Under the pieces are notes generated by a model. The model did not search any database. It was not told the origin of the DNA and was given only the letters and a program-made list of their open reading frames with translations. Positions 59,601 to 64,000 of a stretch of DNA of 64,000 nucleotides are shown here, one piece after another. The stretch is from Antedon mediterranea (Eukaryota > Animalia > Echinodermata). Positions within the stretch are counted from its first letter, which is position 1; each line of letters opens with the position of its first letter. Position numbers and translations under genes: made by a program. Location of the stretch: NCBI RefSeq assembly GCF_964355755.1, contig NC_092673.1, positions 36,128,473 through 36,192,472 on the forward strand. Reading direction: 5' to 3'.

Positions 59601-61228
59601 TCCAAATTTTTGGCTCAATTCATTATCTTTTAAAATTGTGATCTTCAAGTTTATTTTGACGTCATCATACCAAAAAATTAGAACATGGTGTGGTTCCCGT
59701 AATTTCACCCATGTTACACTGTATATAGTTATACTGTACAGTACACTGTACCGTATAGAGTATATATTCTATGACACATAATAGGCACCAATAAGCACCA
59801 TATATGCATCCGGTAATAGGATTGCAAAATCAATATTTTGCGGTCATATTTAACGTATGTGCATGTTTAAAAAAAAAATAAATATCAGTAAAATTTTAAA
59901 AATGATCAGCTATAATTCGTCAAAGTGATTTTTGTTTTAGGGTGACCCTACTATTGCAAGTAAACCAATGCGGGAACTTACACAACTCAACGATATATCA
60001 CATTTCTGTATTGGTGCTTTACATGCTGCTGTTGAAAGTCTTGCAAAATTTGCAAAGAAACTTCCTGAATTTAGAATGCTTGATATAAACGATCAAGTAG
60101 CACTTTTGAAACATTCTGGGTTTGAACTTGCTATGATTGCAACCTCATCACGGTACACAGCTGATGGACTCTGGTTTCCAACTGATGGAGTGTATTTCAG
60201 ACGTCAGGTGCTAGAAGATTTAGATGTCATGTTTTTCTCAACAAAATTTCGCTTTTTTGAGAAGATGAACAAGTTGAATTTAACAGATCGAGAGTTATCC
60301 TTATTCTGTGTACTAGCTCTTGCGGCACCTGGTAATTTGAGTGTTTTTATTTTTTTTCCAATATATATATATTTTTAATTGTATGGTTTACATACATACT
60401 ACAGTTCACAGAGTTTGTTATAGGTTACTAACTTCATATTTAATTGGCTAGAATGTTTACATTTGATGCATGCTTTTGCTTGCTTGTTTGTTTGATTTAA
60501 CCTTTGTCTAGAAGCCCATATACCTGATCTGCCATTCTACTTTAAACAAATCATATTCAATACAAAACACTGATATTATGTAAACAAATACAACCTGCTT
60601 AAAGGTTACCTTGTTAGTTGGTATTCATAACAACAGTTATTTCTCATTAGCCTGGTGTTTTAGGTTAATATGCCCCATTTATTAATATGCTCCGTTCACT
60701 AGGATTTAGACAGCGATTTACCTCAATATTTGTAAAAAAAAAAAAAAAAATATCAATTGAAATTTTTTTGGAATTATCAATGATATAGAATCTAGCAATC
60801 AAATGGCAATGCTATGTCTGTTAAATCAATGATTACATTAATTTAGCAGACAATGGCATGGTGGCAGCAGATATAGTTTAACCAATGTGTTGATTCATTG
60901 ATTGTGTACTCAGATCAGTATTGTTAATTACCTATTAACCAATTTACTGATAACAATTTTCTTTTTCTCTCCTTTGTTAGATCGAGACGATCTTGTAGAG
61001 AGAAACCGAGTTGAACAAATGCAAGAAACAATTTTGGAAGCTTTGCAATTAGAACTACGTCAAAACCACCCTGGCAACTCATTGGTTCTTCCGAGACTTT
61101 TAATAAAACTTGTAGATTTACGCGAGTTAGTTCCGGAGCATGTTGAGCAAGTTAGACAAATGATGTTGATGGATGATCCTAGATATACAGGCCCCACACC
61201 ACTCATGAAAGAAATCTATGGCTTATGA
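48768..61228 (+). CDS. PPAR: PPAR-like (NR1C) nuclear receptor, ~375 aa; exons 48768-48792, 52771-52874, 53276-53426, 55525-55733, 59941-60331, 60981-61228
   Basis: [38 protein letters not shown]...[28 protein letters not shown]; [36 protein letters not shown] and AF-2 PLMKEIY. RRT.RMKL.Y and GMSH...RFGRMP are PPAR-type. Exons sum to 1128 nt in frame. The start codon is uncertain. Confidence 0.88.
48826..49098. mobile_element. Small inverted-repeat element (MITE-like) just downstream of the PPAR-like donor at 48793
   Basis: Perfect 19-bp inverted repeat GTCCTGTTTCTGCTGCCAA (48826) / TTGGCAGCAGAAACAGGAC (48886); related end GGAGCAGAAATGCGGTC at ~49080. Confidence 0.55.
49467..49822. mobile_element. 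Degenerate Kolobok-like MITE
   Basis: TTAA...ATTGTCCCC left end and GGGGACAATGCATCT-TTAA right end; same TIR as 61429-61976. Confidence 0.6.
50785..51044. repeat. ~89-bp x3 tandem repeat
   Basis: AAGTACTGTATTTGGG...TTGTTTTACAGTCAATG...GTAACAGTATGTACATG occurs three times. Confidence 0.93.
51295..51416 (+). mobile_element. LINE/SINE 3' tail remnant
   Basis: Stem-loop AAGGA..TTGCCCA-AAGCT...AGCTT-TATGGGTAATCCTT, then CCGAATAAA and an (AAAC)n tail. Confidence 0.5.
51490..52666. repeat. 44-bp minisatellite, ~27 copies
   Basis: Unit TGTACACACCAACC(T/A)CACACCTACATGCCTGGTGAACAACATAC. Confidence 0.97.
53625..53920 (-). mobile_element. (TA)n-associated dispersed repeat with a tRNA-like head; related copy at ~13460-13605
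   Basis: Shared ATCAGGCAAAGAAC...ATATACTGAAATT...GAAACGATAAAGATGA.GAAATCTGTGAGAAT; B-box-like GGTTCGAGTC on the minus strand at ~53830. Confidence 0.6.
56172..56930. mobile_element. MITE with ~110-bp imperfect terminal inverted repeats
   Basis: CCTCATGAAACGTCACA.AATAAACATGAATAATTCATCAGTTAAAT...GTTCCGTGTGCACCCAAGCGTATA is inverted at 56817-56930. Confidence 0.85.
58660..59730. mobile_element. Internally duplicated DNA-transposon-like remnant
   Basis: Two levels of direct duplication (58865-58990 / 58995-59120 and 59110-59370 / 59450-59715); ends CACTGTA, i.e. TA-CAGTG on the minus strand. Confidence 0.4.
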
Positions 61229-61428
61229 CCTATTTTAATTTTCAATTTACATTTTGTATTTGGTTTTTCTTTCATTTATTCAGCTATTTTAATACCTGCT
61301 TGTTCCAATAATCAACCATAATTTTTTTGTATATAAATCTGACAATTTAACTTTATATCAGAGGATTGAGTTCCAACAGTTAAAACTACAAGTTATAAAA
61401 TGTTTCCCTTAAACTTAGCATTTGTTAA

Positions 61429-61976
61429 AGATGTATTGTCCCTTGAAACACAAAAAATGAAAAAAAAATATTCTAAATTTAAATTGGCCATATCAAAGTA
61501 ATATTAAAGTTATTCACTTTAAGTCGAAAATTCGAGTCAAAAACAACAAGTTTACGTAATTAACAGGTAAATTAATTTGATTACATTTCGTCTGGAAAAT
61601 CGTCACGTGTGAAAGTAAACAAAGATGTGAAACCATTAGTATGCATTATGCATGACGCTAATTAGGATTGTTTACAACTCGTCGCAGTTGAGAAGGTGTT
61701 TTCACTCAGATCGCAAAGAAGTTTTATAATTATGCATACAGAGTACCCAAACAAGCACGTTGCATTATGAGATATGTTTTGATCGAAAACTTTGACTGGA
61801 AGTCAAAGTTATTTTTTGAACAAAAAAACGTCTGTATTTCGGTTAAATTATTTTTTTTTTCGACTCATTTTTGGTGAACGTCACGTTAATAACTAATGAT
61901 ACTTCAAAATGACCCACTTTTTTTCAAAATATAAAAAAAATATTTTTTTTTAATTAGTCAAAGGGACAATACATCT
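61429..61976. mobile_element. Kolobok-like MITE with TTAA target-site duplication
   Basis: TTAA|AGATGTATTGTCCC ... GGGACAATACATCT|TTAA, perfect TIR. Confidence 0.88.
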
Positions 61977-62741
61977 TTAACCTATAGGTAATAAGGGTAT
62001 TTCGAATATATGCTTATGACATTTATAATATAATGGTATATGCAGTATATAAAAATCTGTGTGTTGTATTGATGCAAGGGATTAACAAAAGTGGTAACAT
62101 GTACATGCTACCTGAATTTATGTATTGACAGATAAGGGTGTACTATATTAAAACCAGATATAAACACACTTTACATGCATATTATTATTTGTTAGATATT
62201 TTTTCATGTGCCTTTTTATTTTTATGTTTTCATAAAATGGCATATTTAAATAAAATTGGTAAAATATTATACAGTAGAAAAAGTTTTTTTTGTAATACAG
62301 GGTTTGTGGTGATCTCTTTTTGTATTTTGGAAGTTATTCATATATTATAATTATGATTATTACTATACGTATAATTAATATATTTAAAGGGTTGCATCTT
62401 ACCTGTAGCTGGGTCATGTTTATGCATTTAAAACAATGTGAAAGAAATTTAAAAGCATCAATGTTTAACTGAAGCGCACATCCTCAGGTTGTCATGTTGT
62501 CACATGCCTGTCTGTTAGCATCAATTATACCATGCAATGGTCTGTATGTCTGTCTGTTTTTTTACACTTAAAGTATGTATATTCTTGTAGATCATTACAC
62601 ATATGTTTGTATTCTTGCAATTTGATTGGTTAAATCACATGTGATTTGGTATTTTAGTTTTACCTAACTGAAAAGTGATTATATAATGCTTTGAACATTT
62701 TGTTTCCATGTGAGGTTGGTGGCTGATCCATAGTCAAAATT

Positions 62742-63845
62742 TAACCTGTAGTGTGTGCAGTTGATATTTACTGTTCTACTAAGTTGTAGCATTGTTTTTA
62801 AAATCAACCTGTAGTGTGCGTACTGTTCTACTAAGTTGTAGCATTGTTTTTTAAATCAACCTGTAGTGTGCGTACTGTTCTACTAAGTTGTAGCATTGTT
62901 TTTTAAATCAACCTGTAGTGTGCGTACTGTTCTACTAAGTTGTAGCATTGTTTTTTAAATCAACCTGTAGTGTGCGTACTGTTCTACTAAGTTGTAGCAT
63001 TGTTTTTAAATCAACCTGTAGTGTGCGTACTGTTCTACTAAGTTGTAGCATTGTTTTTAAATCAACCTGTAGTGTGCGTACTGTTCTACTAAGTTGTAGC
63101 ATTGTTTTTAAATCAACCTGTAGTGTGCGTACTGTTCTACTAAGTTGTAGCATTGTTTTTAAAATCAACCTGTAGTGTGCGCACTGTTCTACTAAGTTGT
63201 AGCATGGTTTTTTTAATCAACCTGTAGTGTGCGCACTGTTCTACTAAGTTGTAGCATGGTTTTTAAAATCAACCTGTAGTGGGCGTACTGTTCTAATAAG
63301 TTGTAGCATGGTTTTTAAAATCAACCTGTAGTGGGCGTACTGTTCTACTAAGTTGTAGCATGGTTTTTAAATCAACCTGTAGTGTGCGCACTGTTCTACT
63401 AAGTTGTAGCATGGTTTTTAAAATCAAACTGTAGTGTGCGTACTGTTCTACTAAGTTGTAGCATGGTTTTTTTAATCAACCTGTAGTGTGCGCACTGTTC
63501 TACTAAGTTGTAGCATGGTTTTTAAAATCAACCTGTAGTGGGCGTACTGTTCTACTAAGTTGTAGCATGGTTTTTAAATCAACCTGTAGTGTGCGCACTG
63601 TTCTACTAAGTTGTAGCATGGTTTTTAAAATCAAACTGTAGTGTGCGTACTGTTCTACTAAGTTGTAGCATGGTTTTTTTAATCAACCTGTAGTGTGCGC
63701 ACTGTTCTACTAAGTTGTAGCATGGTTTTTAAAATCAGCCTGTAGTGTGCGCACTGTTTTACCAAGTTTTAGTATGGTTTTTAAAATCAACCTGTAGTGT
63801 GCGCGGTTGATAAATGTTCTACTAAGTTGTAGCATGGTTTTTAAT
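62742..63845. repeat. ~48-50 bp minisatellite, ~22 copies
   Basis: Unit AATCAACCTGTAGTGTGCGTACTGTTCTACTAAGTTGTAGCAT(T/G)GTTTTTA. Confidence 0.97.
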
Positions 63846-64000
63846 GGCTTAGCTTTCGTCGATGATTTAGGATGGATAAATTGAATAAAAGTTATAAAAC
63901 AATTACAGTAATGAATGTTCGCATTCATTGTATGCAGAGAATATTTCACTTGTTGAAAGATTGACTGCTCTATTATAAGTCATTAAATAACTCGTAAAAT

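Overview
This is an AT-rich, intron-rich metazoan genomic window. It is probably an invertebrate deuterostome such as an echinoderm, inferred from gene content, TTAGGG repeats and the repeat families. Seven spliced genes can be built by hand: the 3' part of MAK16 (+), ADISSP/C20orf27-like (+), two tandem G-protein gamma genes (-), DNAAF9/C20orf194 (+, >30 exons), DENND10/FAM45A (+) and a PPAR-like nuclear receptor (+). Gene names come from recalled protein similarity, not a database search. Introns carry about 20 unrelated, locally derived minisatellites (16-118 bp units), MITE/foldback-like DNA elements and SINE/LINE remnants. The most striking pattern is that at least seven tandem duplications or arrays are built from real exon-intron junctions: ~100 copies of a MAK16 3' splice site, four copies of a complete DNAAF9 micro-exon, and duplicated DNAAF9 acceptors and donors. 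In the acceptor and donor arrays only the exon-proximal site gives an intact protein.
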